Below are positions 11,432-23,154 of a stretch of 64,000 bases of DNA, one piece after another; positions within the stretch are counted from its first letter, which is position 1, and every line of letters starts with the position of its first letter. Source of the DNA: Neophaeotheca triangularis (taxonomy: Eukaryota); contig BAAIJX010000002.1 in NCBI GenBank assembly GCA_054600435.1, forward strand, positions 744,001 to 808,000. The letters run 5' to 3'. The position numbers were made by a program, and so were the translations under genes. The notes beneath the pieces were generated by a model that did no database searches, was not told where the DNA came from, and was given only the letters and a program-made list of their open reading frames with translations.

Positions 11432-12582
11432 GCTAAGACTGCGTAGGTCGGGCAATGTGTGTCGTCTGAAGAAACTGGCAATGTCTGGCTTCGTGCCTTG
11501 CTGCTTCAGGCGCTAGCGGGGACAAGGGTCCATCGATGGGCTCCTAAAGTTTTCAGGAGCGTGTTCGCATCCTAGGAGAGAGGGAGGGAGGGATGAGGTA
11601 AATGGCGCCATCTACGATACCCAACGCAGTCTAAAGCTGGGAGGCAATCTGTGTTTAAAAGGGCGCAAGTTGCGGGAGGAAAGCGTTTTTTTCAGAATTT
11701 AGGCTGTGTGAAGCAAGTTATTCAAAGCGAATTTTGGTTGTTTTCTGATACGTTGGGGGGGTTTCAGCTAGATTTTTTGTGCTGAGACATGTAGATATAA
11801 ATTGAACCTCCACAGTGACCAGGCCTGTGTGAAAACAATACGTTCTGACAAGAGAAAGCTTGCTTCACGTGGCGTTTTGGTTGTCGCGGTTGTGTATCGG
11901 TGACGGGCAAGATATGAATGATCTTTGATGACTCGACTATCATACGTTCAATGTCACAAGGGTGTTGTTGGTATTCTTGAGATCAGTGAGCACGTGACCA
12001 GTAGTCTTGGCAGTGAATACACTCACACTTCCGTCCTTCCATTTTCTCCGCACCGCGTATGCATTTTTTAAAGCATCCATCCCGAGATAGCATTACAGTA
12101 GAATTTTGGCCATCTCTCAAACGTTCAGCAAGATCTAGTAACAAAATCTGTGCTGGTTAGAGAAAATGCCACACGAAATGGGTGAACGATGTGAACGCGT
12201 CCCTGGCCATTGAGAAGGATGGGATGCCTTAAGGTTGTGCTCCTCAAACGGATGGCCTATCGGCTTTCCCCCCACCGGAATCCCCGCCTTCTGCTGTTGT
12301 TACTGCATTGCATACAGCTCCACTTCACCCTCTTCACCCTCGACGGTGGCTGGTAATTTGCTCTGTCGCGGCAGACTCGAGGAAATATCTGCATCATACC
12401 GTTACGGCGGTTTCCGGCGACAGAGCAATGGTACGGTTCGAGAGCTCCCCTCCACAGAAATATGACGGTTTTTTTGTCGTCCGGGAAGACGTCCACCAAT
12501 TGCCAGTTTATACCGATGACTTGCATGGGGACATCCTGGATATCCCAACTAAATGTAGATGCAAGAATGGATGACCAGGTAG

Positions 12583-12588
12583 TATAAA
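12583..12588 (+). promoter_or_regulatory. TATA box of the glycoside hydrolase gene
   Basis: TATAAA about 78 bp upstream of ATG 12661, followed by a pyrimidine-rich tract. Confidence 0.5.
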
Positions 12589-12660
12589 GCCCACGGCACT
12601 CTTTCTATGCTTCCCACTTAATCACTTTCCCTTTTCTTTCGATCAGATGAGGCCATAAAT

Positions 12661-15318
12661 ATGCTGAGTCACACTTCAAGAACAGCGGTGCTGCTCGGTG
12701 CTTTGCTAGCTACGGGCAACGCCAGCAACAACAGCACAGCCAATCGTCCATACCCGCCAGCGGATTCGTATCTTCAAACCACGGACTTCCTTGACCATCC
12801 TTCCTACCTCGATGGCATTGACGACCAGCAATGGTACCTCGACAACATCCCTTTCATCGACATCCCCGACCAGCTGATGCAGGATGTCTACTACTACCGC
12901 ACCTCTGTCGTCAAGAGGCATCAGAACTGGATCCATGAAGGCCACGGCTGGATGATGTCCGAGTTCATTCAACCAGTCGGTTGGGCTGCAAAGTATCAGT
13001 CCGTGCCGGTCAGCATCAGCCATCACATTCTCGAAACGCGCTGGCTTAGGGATACTAACGTCGCCAAAAACATGATCGAGCTCTACGCTCGCGGCGGAGT
13101 TGAGCCTTTGACTGGCATTACTTACACTCACTTTGTGCACAGAGCAGCGCAAGAGCATGCGTATGTTACTGGAGATGCGCGGTTCTTTGCCGATCAGATG
13201 GAGGGCTTGATTAACATCTACAACTTGGTAGGGCAGTATGCACGCTTCTCAATGGACGTTCAGGTGCTGAATCCCTTTTTCTAGTGGAACACAACTCGGG
13301 ACAACGAGACGGGTCTATACCATCGAAATCCACTGCAGGATGCTCAAGAGTACTCACTCCCAGGATTCATGGTGGGAGGGCCCGGCGGCGGCCCTGTGCA
13401 ACAATGGAACGACTTTGGGCTGAGCGCAGAAGAGGGCGGAGGTAACGACTACGACGTGATTCTCCTCGGACCCGAGACCTACCGCCCCAACTTCAACGCC
13501 TACATGGTCTCCGGCGCTCGAGCAATCGCAGAAGCTGCCTCGCTCAACGGCAACGATTCGCTCGCCGAGACCTGGCACGCCTACGCAGGTGACTTGGAAT
13601 CTCGCATGGAGGACCAGCTCTACAGTCAGGACTTGAACTTTTGGATCGACCGTGTGTGGGACATCAACCTACCCATCGAGGATTATCAGCTCATCGGCTT
13701 TTATCCTTATCGTCTCGGCATTGAGCATAGCGAATCGATGATCCGAGGGCTGGAGGCTAGTCTGACGCCTGAAATCTTCCTTGCGGAATTCGGTCCTACT
13801 ACGCTCAGCCAGTCTAATCCATATTTCTGGGGGGAGGACAAACAGACCTCCTGGTGCTGTGCCTGGAACGGGATGAGCTGGCCATATAGCACGTCGTTAT
13901 ACCTCTCGACACTTGCAGGTATTGCTAGATCAGGAGCCAGTGACGTTATGACTCAGGAATTCTTCAACACCGAGATGCACCGATATGCCAGAGTGAACAC
14001 TCGTGGTGGTGTTGCCTTCACGGCAGAATCCCACTATCCGTCGATTGATGATTGGAGTGGAGATCGCGTGAACAACTCGGAAAACTACTTCCATTCAACT
14101 TACATGGACAACATTTTCTCGGATCTCTTCGGCATCATACCCACTCTCAACGACACACTGATTATGGAGCCCTTGGTGCCGGAGAACTGGACTCATTTCG
14201 CGGTGGAAAACCTACCCTATCACGGCAGCTTGCTTTCTTTCTTCTGGGACATCAATGGAAGCCATTACAAGACTGGTCACTCTGGATTGAGCATATATAG
14301 CAACGGGTCGCTATTCCATCATCAGCATCAGCTCGGCCCAGTGCGGTGCCAATTGCCCTTCAGATCTGCAGAAGCAGCAGCCCACCTGGCAGCTCAGCCC
14401 CAGTGGCAAAACATCCTTGCCAACCCAAACAGCCCTTGGAACCTCCCTTCGGTGACCGCGAACCATTGTCTCAATCAAAACGGTGATGAATGCACACAGC
14501 CAGCTTGGAAGATGAACGACGGCAAGCTGTGGTACGATTCCACGCCAGACAATCGATGGACAAACAATCAGAGTGCTATCCCTTATGCCACCATCAACAT
14601 CACCCTCCCGCGCCCGAGAAAGATGACATCGATCTCACTTGCGATCTACGAAGATGCCACTCGCGACCCAAACGGCGCCATCAAATGCCCCGCCGGCCTG
14701 TCCATCACTACAGGTGAGGGTGAGCGCATCGCCTACCGCAGAAACTGGACCGATTGCGTGCCCAACGCTCTCAACACTATCCCCTTTGTCCGCCCCGTGC
14801 CATTGAACAGCACAGACAACGAGACTACTTACGCCCAAGTGCCCGGTGGCTACGAGGTCGAGACAGACTTTTTGCAGCTCATTGTTTCCGACCAAGACCG
14901 TTACTCCAGCGCGCTGTCCGAGATTCAGATCTGGGTTCCCCCGAACATGGGCCCGAGATGGGAGGCAGAAGACGGTCTGAAGGGTATTTTCATCGGTGGG
15001 TTTAATGGCGTTCAGAGTGGGCTTAATGCCAGCGTCGTGGACGATGGGGTGGAGTTGACGCAGAATGGGTGGGTCGAGTGGGCTGGAGTTCGCAGGAGTG
15101 ACAACGGGTCTGGATTGACTGAGGTCACTGTTTTAGGTGGTGGCACTGGGGTCGTCAATGTCATGGCGAATTACATTGGGGAGGGGAGGAATGTTACCTT
15201 TGAGGGCGAGGGGTCTGAGAGGACTTTGGAGTTGGACTTTTTGAATGGAGCGAACGTTGTTACTGTGACGCAGTTGGAAGGGGAGCCTTGGGTTGATGCT
15301 CTGGTCGTGGATTCTTAG
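12661..15318 (+). CDS. Secreted six-hairpin-type glycoside hydrolase (tentatively GH142/MGH1-like) with C-terminal beta-sandwich/CBM-like domains; exons 12661-13227, 13285-15318
   Basis: Signal peptide MLSHTSRTAVLLGALLATGNA. Motifs WYLDNIPFIDIPD..QDVYYYR, YRPNFNAYM, WNGMSWPYSTS, AESHYP, NYFHSTYMD and WTHFAVENLPYHG. A phase-0 intron (13228-13284, GTAGGG...GCTGAA...TAG) joins two ORFs into 866 aa. The family assignment is from memory of motifs only. Confidence 0.75.
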
Positions 15319-15825
15319 CTCATCGCGCTAATGAAGTGACGGAATTGACGATTGAAATCATTGGATGATGGATTGCCGTGATCTTGCTGCCAGGTATCTT
15401 CAATGATGACATCTTGTGTTGAACGATCGACATGTTACTTAGTTGCACAGAGTTCAGGCAATGCTGCTCACAACTCTTAAATCTCGCTGCCTGAGGCAAG
15501 GATTGGGGACCTTCACGTGCTTGTGTCACTTGCTCAACATCCGCTTCCCTTTGTCTTATTGGCTTCGTCTAACCGCCGACATCTCTTACCTGCATTCGCG
15601 CGGTCAGACAACGACGGCCAGGCCTGCGTGCTCCGGCGCTGCAGATGGAACTATTCCTGGTCAGCGTCTGGCGAGCATGCAATATAGACTAGACTGCAAG
15701 GTAGGAGGGCGCATCTTCTTTCTCTCTTCGATCTTGGATACCGTAAGTCTGCGAGGAGCGCTCATTACACTGTTATCAGGGAAATTGTCGTCTCGACCTC
15801 GAGAACGAGCCTCGGACTTCCCAGC

Positions 15826-17208
15826 ATGCCTGCATTATCGGGCGAGAAGCTATTGACAACTCTGTGAGTAGATGGTGGTTCGCGAGTGTACAGAGCCAGA
15901 CAACTGACACAGGCCAATAGGTTTGCGGACGTCCACTACTTCTTTTCCGACCCTACGACCAAACCACAGCACCATCGTTTCGATCGAGGAAGCTATGTCT
16001 ATGTGTACCAGAATCTTGAACAACATACGGCGAAGCTTGAGATTGCGAACCACGCCGGAACGCCAGAGCAAGATGCTTTCTCCGGGTATCTCGACAGAGC
16101 GAGCATCAAGTACTCGTACAAGCAGCCAGGTGTGTGCGGTATTCTGGTAGACGGGGCTTCGATGCAGGGGCATTCTCAGTGGCACTTGCCTAGCTACAAC
16201 GAGCGGAACGAACAGAAGTACCTGTACAGGATCCACTCTTTGGACATATATCTGTGGACAGAGCGGGACGGAACGGCGTTGTTAGGTCACCTCAAAAACG
16301 TCATGCCCGCGGACAGAATGAACATACGCGATACACCCCAGGCGAAGGCATCGCCAGCTGAGCACAGGGACTCGATGAGCCCGGTGGTGCAACAGCTCGA
16401 GAAAGCATCTATAGGCGCACAGTTCCCGCCCAGGACGGAGAGTGCAAGCACCGCTCAGTCTTTGCCTGGGCCTCCTACGCCCGCTAGTACCGGGGCCTCT
16501 TCAACACCGCAAGCGTCTGCACCAATGGCTTACAATCCAGCCGCCCCGCCAGCGCCAGAGCCCATAGCCCACCGTGAAAAGACACCGCCGCCTCCGGAGG
16601 ACGGCAACAGCGCAGGCTTGAGTGGCGCACCAAAACAACAATATGCCTCAACTCCAGCTGGGGGCTTTCCAGGCTCTGGTCAAGCGACGCCTCAACAGTC
16701 TTACTTCACGGGCCCGCCGAGCCAGAGCAACAATCACCCTGGCGCGTCCGCCTTTCCAGGTCCACCACAGCGTTCTGCGTCGGGTTCTGTTCCGGGTTCT
16801 TTTCCGCCTCCGCCACCAGGGGGGCCTTCCCCTTCGCAACAAAGCTCTTATAGTCCTTCCAACTTCCAATCAGGCCAGCAAACCCCACTTCAATCGCCCG
16901 GTCTGCCTCCACCTCCCTCGAGCCAGCCTCCCCCGGGTGACTACAGCAACTACAACTACCAGCAGCAGCAAGCTCAGTCAGGTGCCTATAACGCATTGGG
17001 CGGCTATGCGGGCAACACGCACTCGCAGGTCTACAGACCCACGGAAAGCGAGGCGCCCTTTGTTGGCGAGGACTCCGAGAAGCAGCAACAGCCGCGGCCA
17101 CAAGCACAGAGTGAAGGCAGTCAGGGGAGGCTGAGGCTCGAGGACAGGATGCAGGGGTTCGAGAAGGGCATGGGTCGGTTTTTCAAAAAGATTGATCGAA
17201 AAATCTGA
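15826..17208 (+). CDS. Conserved-type fungal hypothetical protein with a globular N-terminal domain and Pro/Gln/Ser-rich C-terminal half; exons 15826-15863, 15921-17208
   Basis: Intron 15864-15920 (GTGAGT...ACTGAC...TAG) joins MPALSGEKLLTTL to FADVHYFFSDPTTKPQHHRFDRGSYVYVY. Contains YNPAAPPAPEPIAHREKTPPPPED and ends with an amphipathic LEDRMQGFEKGMGRFFKKIDRKI. Confidence 0.8.
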
Positions 17209-19268
17209 GTGAATCGGGATGCCGATTGTGAGGCAGATGGTTGGACACGTTTCGATCAGGAATACATTTGGGGAAAATACTTCATCGAGATGCTGCTGTC
17301 TCTTGCCCGTCGGTTTGTTGTATCGGGGAAATTCATGTGTACACGGCTCGTTGATGCGTTTTTTCCTCTACTCAGTGCCCGGTCCGATCATACTGTGCTC
17401 GATGCTTGTGAAATTAGACTCGCCCTCGCTTCTCTTCTCTACATCGAGCGTCTGGTCTGGCCTTGATTCTTTCCGCGGACATACAACCTTGTCTAACCCA
17501 AGGTCTTCACGACGAAGCTGTGCGCGGAACAGCGCTGGTTCGCGGCTCCGAGTTGACAGCAAAGAATGAAAGTTCCGCCGGGCGGCAAGCCAATGAAGCC
17601 AACCATAGAGAGTCAACGGATATCGGGAAATTTCAGGCTTCTGACCGTTGCTGTCGTTCGTTCCAAGCTCCCGTTAACACGTTAACAAACGTTGCTAGTG
17701 CAAAGTATCCCCAATCATGAAACAACCAAGAGATGTTTGATTTTTTGCCGCCAACAAACCGCCTGACCCACTTGTCCATCGTGCCTAGCGCTAGTAACAA
17801 CAACAATCTGATCACGCAGCCTTTACGTCTCATCCTGGTGACAAGGTGCGTTCATCACCACCATAGAGCACTTCTAAAGTGAGCTACTTGTCTAGGCAGC
17901 TCTGAGCGCGCGGTCCACAGATTCGAGACCAGGGCAGGGGGCTTAGAAGAAGATTCCCACTCGTCGATGCGCCGAGCATCCCCGTCAGAGTAGCCTTCTG
18001 TACTCGACCGCCGTATGGACCAGAATGGCCTTGCCCGTCGATAGCCTGATGAAGCGCGACATCGTCACGGGTTTGTTACCAGGCGAGTACACTCGTCCCC
18101 CTTCGCCCGTATGCTACAAAATTTCCACGGTGGATCAAGGCCTTCCAGGATGCCCCGTCCCCCGTGGAATGCCTGCCCGGCGCTATTGATAGGTATTTTC
18201 TGGTCTTGTTGCCAAACAGACAGACAAGGTAAACATGCACATCTCTTCGAACGTCCGATCGACGGCGCTCTGTCCTCAGAGTTTGGTTGACAGTCATGGA
18301 AGCGAGAGATAGAAAACCACCAAGCGATACGAACAGAATGCGCAGAACCCTTTGGCCAATCAAACATGTTCGTCACACGGTCGACTATGTTGGTAAACAA
18401 TAATCAGCCGTTGGCTTGGACAGGCGCAACTCGTCGACAGACGATAGAGATGACCGCCAGTAGGGTTTGATCGATGCAAGCAAGAACCCTGCGAGATTTC
18501 AACGGCCGGTTGACGCCAGGACTCCACGCGGTGGCCTTCGGCTTCCTCGGCTTGTCTGTCTCACATCATGCAATGGCCATGCAGACAGAGCCTGAGCAGT
18601 TGAGTGATGTGCCTATCTCGCAGCGCAGGTCTCAGCGAGAAATGGGAAGGAGTTCGGCGACGGCCGTCCACAGCCGCATCGAATTCAATTCTTATGAAAT
18701 GTGATGCGCCGAACGAGAGTTTAATGAAAGGACGGTCAGCGAAGGATGTTCCCTGATCGGTCTGACGTCGATGACATTAGTTTGAGTCGCGCATTGTCAA
18801 AAGTCATGCTTACTATTGCAAAGCAACAGGGAAGTGGGTTTTGTCGTGCGAAAGCGGCCACTGGCCATTATTGTCGCCGGTGCCTTGCGTGGAACATGTT
18901 GAATCAACTATCTAGACGGTCGTGAGACCCTAAATCCTGCCCGCCTCAACCCTTAATGACAAAACGGAAATAGCGCAGTCTGGTAGACATCGAAAGCAAA
19001 CGCCAAGCGATGTAGTCTCTTGGGGTATCTTTTCACGGATAAGAATGTGCGCAATCTCTCCTCCTAGCCTCCATAAAGAAAAACTCGGCAACGGATCGAG
19101 CGCGCCTTTCTATGTTTACTGAAACAAAAGTATCTGGGTATCTCCGCGGTGTGGGGTATCTTAGTGATAAACGAATGGAAATTAATGTTGGATAGTCAAT
19201 GTTTTCGATTTTCTGTCGGGGTCGATCGAGCGATGATTTGCGAAGCGGTGATTAAAGCGTTTTGCGGA

Positions 19269-21011
19269 TTAAGGTCCTTCTCGTGGATCCCGAGAATCTC
19301 GAGGATCTCGAAAACGTTCGGATGGAAGAGGTCGTGGTCGTCTCTCCGCGGCGTATGGATTCCACGGCCCCGTCTGCGGCTGCGCCTGTAGGAGTTGAGG
19401 CGGCGCACCTTGTTGCTGATGCGGTGGCCCTGCCGCCAAAGCAGCCGGACTTGGGAGGCTCAACCTGCCTCCTTCCCCTGTTTGAAAGGCACCCGGGGCT
19501 TGTATTTGAGGTGCGTGTTGCATCTGAGATGAATGCTGCTGCGGATGTGGCTGGCGTTGAGGTTGTGGCGGCTGCTGCTGTTGTGGTAGCGGTTGCGGTT
19601 GCTGTTGCTGTTGTTGCCGCGAAGCGCTCGGCGTGCTATAAATGTTCTGGCCACCAAAAGGCGGCTGTAGACTCGGGCTTTGGGTGAGGAGAGAGCCGGC
19701 CGAAGGCAACGGCTGCAGAGCAAATGTCGATGTGCGGCGTCTAACATTCCGCTCGCCTTCCGGAGGCCCACGAACCATCTGTTCTTGCGGTTGAGGATAG
19801 CTGCCACTTGCGAGATTCTGAACGAAAGCACCCGAGCCTCGTCTGTGCCTATGCGGTGAAGGTGGGCGCGGGAAATGTCGATCGCCTCCTGGTACTTGTA
19901 GCATAACCCCAGCTAAATAGTCACGCTCGCGTTTGTAGAACTCGGCATCTTCGGTCAGCTCCTTGACCTGCTGCTCGAGCTTGGAGATGGTCGTCGAGGC
20001 CTCCTTCTCTTTCTCTTTTCTCCTCTGTCGGAACCGTGCGCTTGCCCCGGCATTTCTTTTGCGCTTTTCGTCTGACACGCGCGATGCTGCTTGGACATCC
20101 ACCGGCAGCTGCACCGTCCCCGAAGTCGTTTCCAAAGTCATCATCTGATAGACGTTCTGCCCGCTGGAAGAGGATATTGGTATTCCCATCCTCTGTTCGC
20201 CCGAAGTGGCAGGTCCAGCAGACACATATTGTTCATGCGGCGATGTATGCTCTCTGCTATAACCAGAGTAAGACGTACCTGGGCTGGCGCTGGATGAAGC
20301 ACCTCTGCTCTGCTTCGTACCACTCTGACTCGCCCTTCTCAAGTTTTTTTGATGGTGATATTGAGGGCCAGGTGGGAAAGCATGGCTTGCGCGGATGCCA
20401 GATGGGGGATCCGGGAGCTGTGGCACGCCGAATGTACCTGGCTCGGCCATGTACGATCTGCTGTGCGGCGATGCCAGAAAGGGCGACCTTTGTGCATCCC
20501 TAGTGGCAGTGGGCTGGTTGAGATGGCTCAAGCTAGCGGCTCGGTGCAGAGATGGGGATCGAGGTGTCAGTCGTGGACGACCCATGCTCTCTGCACTTGA
20601 GCCGTAGCTAGGTTGCGAGGGGATGTTTTCAGGTCTTTCGCTTGGGTTCATCAACGGTGGTAACGATGGCAAGGAAGGTGATTCGAGCTCGCCAGCCTTG
20701 CGCCTCCTGCTCTGGATGCTCTCTTCCGCCTGCGTCCCGCTCAATAAAGACGGCAAGCCCACTGGTCGTATCGCTGAAGGTGAAAAGCTCCCACCGGTTC
20801 CGCTGGGGGCTTGAGGAAGAGGAGGCAGTTCGAGGGGACGTCCAGTTCCGTAGCTCTGACGCTGGTTCGCCGGCGACGGACCGGCCGATGTTGTGGTGGA
20901 TTGCGCATAGCTTGGTTGAGACGCAGACAATGCCTGCGGGCCTCTTTGAGGGTAATTCGGTTCCCGGGTCTTATCATGCGGCGGGCCTTGCTCCGGAGGC
21001 CGATCGGACAT
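19269..21011 (-). CDS. bZIP transcription factor (first in-frame ATG at 21011; possible GUG-initiated extension from 21227)
   Basis: Basic region VDVQAASRVSDEKRKRNAGASARFRQRRKEKEKEA followed by zipper ISKLEQQVKELTEDAEFYKRERDYLAGVM, with Gln/Pro-rich flanks. Uninterrupted ORF. Confidence 0.9.
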   Translation of the reverse strand: MSDRPPEQGPPHDKTREPNYPQRGPQALSASQPSYAQSTTTSAGPSPANQRQSYGTGRPLELPPLPQAPSGTGGSFSPSAIRPVGLPSLLSGTQAEESIQSRRRKAGELESPSLPSLPPLMNPSERPENIPSQPSYGSSAESMGRPRLTPRSPSLHRAASLSHLNQPTATRDAQRSPFLASPHSRSYMAEPGTFGVPQLPDPPSGIRASHAFPPGPQYHHQKNLRRASQSGTKQSRGASSSASPGTSYSGYSREHTSPHEQYVSAGPATSGEQRMGIPISSSSGQNVYQMMTLETTSGTVQLPVDVQAASRVSDEKRKRNAGASARFRQRRKEKEKEASTTISKLEQQVKELTEDAEFYKRERDYLAGVMLQVPGGDRHFPRPPSPHRHRRGSGAFVQNLASGSYPQPQEQMVRGPPEGERNVRRRTSTFALQPLPSAGSLLTQSPSLQPPFGGQNIYSTPSASRQQQQQQPQPLPQQQQPPQPQRQPHPQQHSSQMQHAPQIQAPGAFQTGEGGRLSLPSPAALAAGPPHQQQGAPPQLLQAQPQTGPWNPYAAERRPRPLPSERFRDPRDSRDPREGP

Positions 21012-23129
21012 GAAATCCTTCCTTTGATTCCCTTCACGGTCCCAGGCAGAAGACCATGAGTTTCGTGAATGAGACTTGACCGGTGATCGATTGCGAGCGC
21101 TCTGAGGCGGCGGTGGCGGATCGATATTGTATAAAGATGGGGGCAAGTCGATAAAAGTCGATCTATGATCGTAACTTAAGGAACCACGGTAGAGACTGTC
21201 GCAATGGTGAACTTGGGTGGCTGCCACGATGGCGGATTACGTGGGACGATCTCGCGTCCCGGAGAGGAAAATGGGAGGCGACTAGACAGGCAACGACCAC
21301 CTTCTGTCCTGGAGTAATGGTCGTGGTTTGATCACGGCACGGGAACACTGTTCAACATGCTGCCCAAGCTTTCCATGGATGATTGGGTAGCTGGCTAAAG
21401 TCAACCGATAAATGCGTGGTCGGTCACTGATGTCCGAGGGCCGTGAGGGTAGGAGGAACAAAGCAAGAAGGGCAGTAGTGGAAATGAGTTGAGTACCAGG
21501 CCTCAGGAAATGTCGCGGCCTATGAAAGTCGAAGGGTGAAATCGACGGCAGGCACTGGACGGCGCGAAGTTCAGACAGACCAGTGATATAATTTGATGGG
21601 CGGTGTGATGACAACACAACGAACGGGCCATTCGTACCAGAGCAGCGCCAACCCCAAGCAGGCAAGATGCGGTGCCGTGCATCATAGCGCGCTGATGAGG
21701 ATCACAATAATGTTATTACTACTATTAGACCGCCCGACTCGCAGCCCTTGCCAAAAGCAGGGTGCGTCTGCTGTCGAGGGGAGGCGCGAGGGAGAAAGCA
21801 AAGCAACTTTAGTTCGACTGCATGGCCGGGGTCTGCCGCCAGAGCAGGGCCCGCGGGAAGACGGAGCCTTGCTCCAGCTCGAGCTTATGTAGAGTTCATG
21901 GACCTTGTTCGCAGATAATGCGACGCTAGTGCCACGTCTTCGAGGTGGCATCGTGCGTGCACACCCTGCAATAAAAATTAAGTGGAATTGGCCGCGAGAA
22001 TGCACGCCGCACGCGAGGCCCGCACGCCAGGTCTGTTGTCTCGCATGCGAGATCTTCCTACGTCCTGCAGAGCTTGAGATCCTTGGAGCGTGGACACCGA
22101 AGCGCTCGGACGCGTTGCTCCCTTTGACTAGGTAGGAAGTAAGTAGACATCTGTCGACGGGATGAGTCGATGACAAGTGAGAAGTAACGGTACTACTGAC
22201 CGGTGGCAAGCAAGCACCCCCGTTTCGCGACAGTGCCGAACGCCTTTGGCGTCTAAGTCTGACAGCCCTACTTCAGCCACGAAATAGAAGATGAGGACGG
22301 GCTGTTGACATCCGACCCAAGGTTCAACCGTCCCTAATGCTATTGCAAGCCGTACCAGGCTCCAGGGGCCAGGGCACCTTGAACGCGAGCATCGAAGAAA
22401 CGTGACTAACGTTAGACACTTTGTCGATCTCGTCAGAGTTCTAAGAAATTGTCCATCAATCGCAAGATGCCGCTTTGGTCGTGACCGTGTGTAAGAGCGA
22501 TTCTCCATCATTCGGCGCATTTGATCCCGGCGGAATGCTCTTGAACCGCCTTAAAAGGCTAAAGGGCTATGGAGAAGACTCCTTTATTAGTCGTCAGAAG
22601 CGTGATTGTACCCTGCTTGCCCAGTGCGCTACAACCTTCAGACCATTGTTGAAAATCGCTCTGTCCCACAGTAGTAGTCACGCCCTTACAAGACACACAA
22701 TACAAGAGCACAGCCTGGCGTTTGCATCTGGGTGGGTGTGGGCGACGCCACGTTTCGGCCAGCGACGGGTCACTGTCCATGGTTCGCGATTGCGCTTCAT
22801 CATCGACACAGTATTTAGTTAGTAGTAAAGAGGGCATCAGCCAGCAGGGCTGGCACGGTAAGTCTGGTTGGGCATCAAGAATTGCGCGGATGCGTATTCA
22901 GCACACCACCACACCCCCTCATTCTTCTGCAGGATTTGACGAGGAATGGCGTGTTGCACCTCGGCACCTGGCTCTGCTATCATTGCTCCACGTAGATCTT
23001 AGCGTAAACCAAGCGTCGGTATCTTACTTGCATGCTTTTTCGTCCACCGTCGTTGAAGTAACGATATCCTTCCGCTAGCGCTAGGTTCTTTTAGCTCGGC
23101 TTGGGGTTTGGAGCGTTGTTTGTTTGTTG

Positions 23130-23154
23130 TTATTATTATTATTATTATTATTAT
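23130..23154. repeat. (ATT)n microsatellite, about 8 units
   Basis: Directly visible tattattattattattattattatt. Confidence 0.9.

Noticed and set aside
15743..15824. Possible 5'UTR intron (GTAAGT at 15743) or extra upstream exon of the 15826 gene
   Set aside because: No clear branch site/acceptor pair could be assigned.
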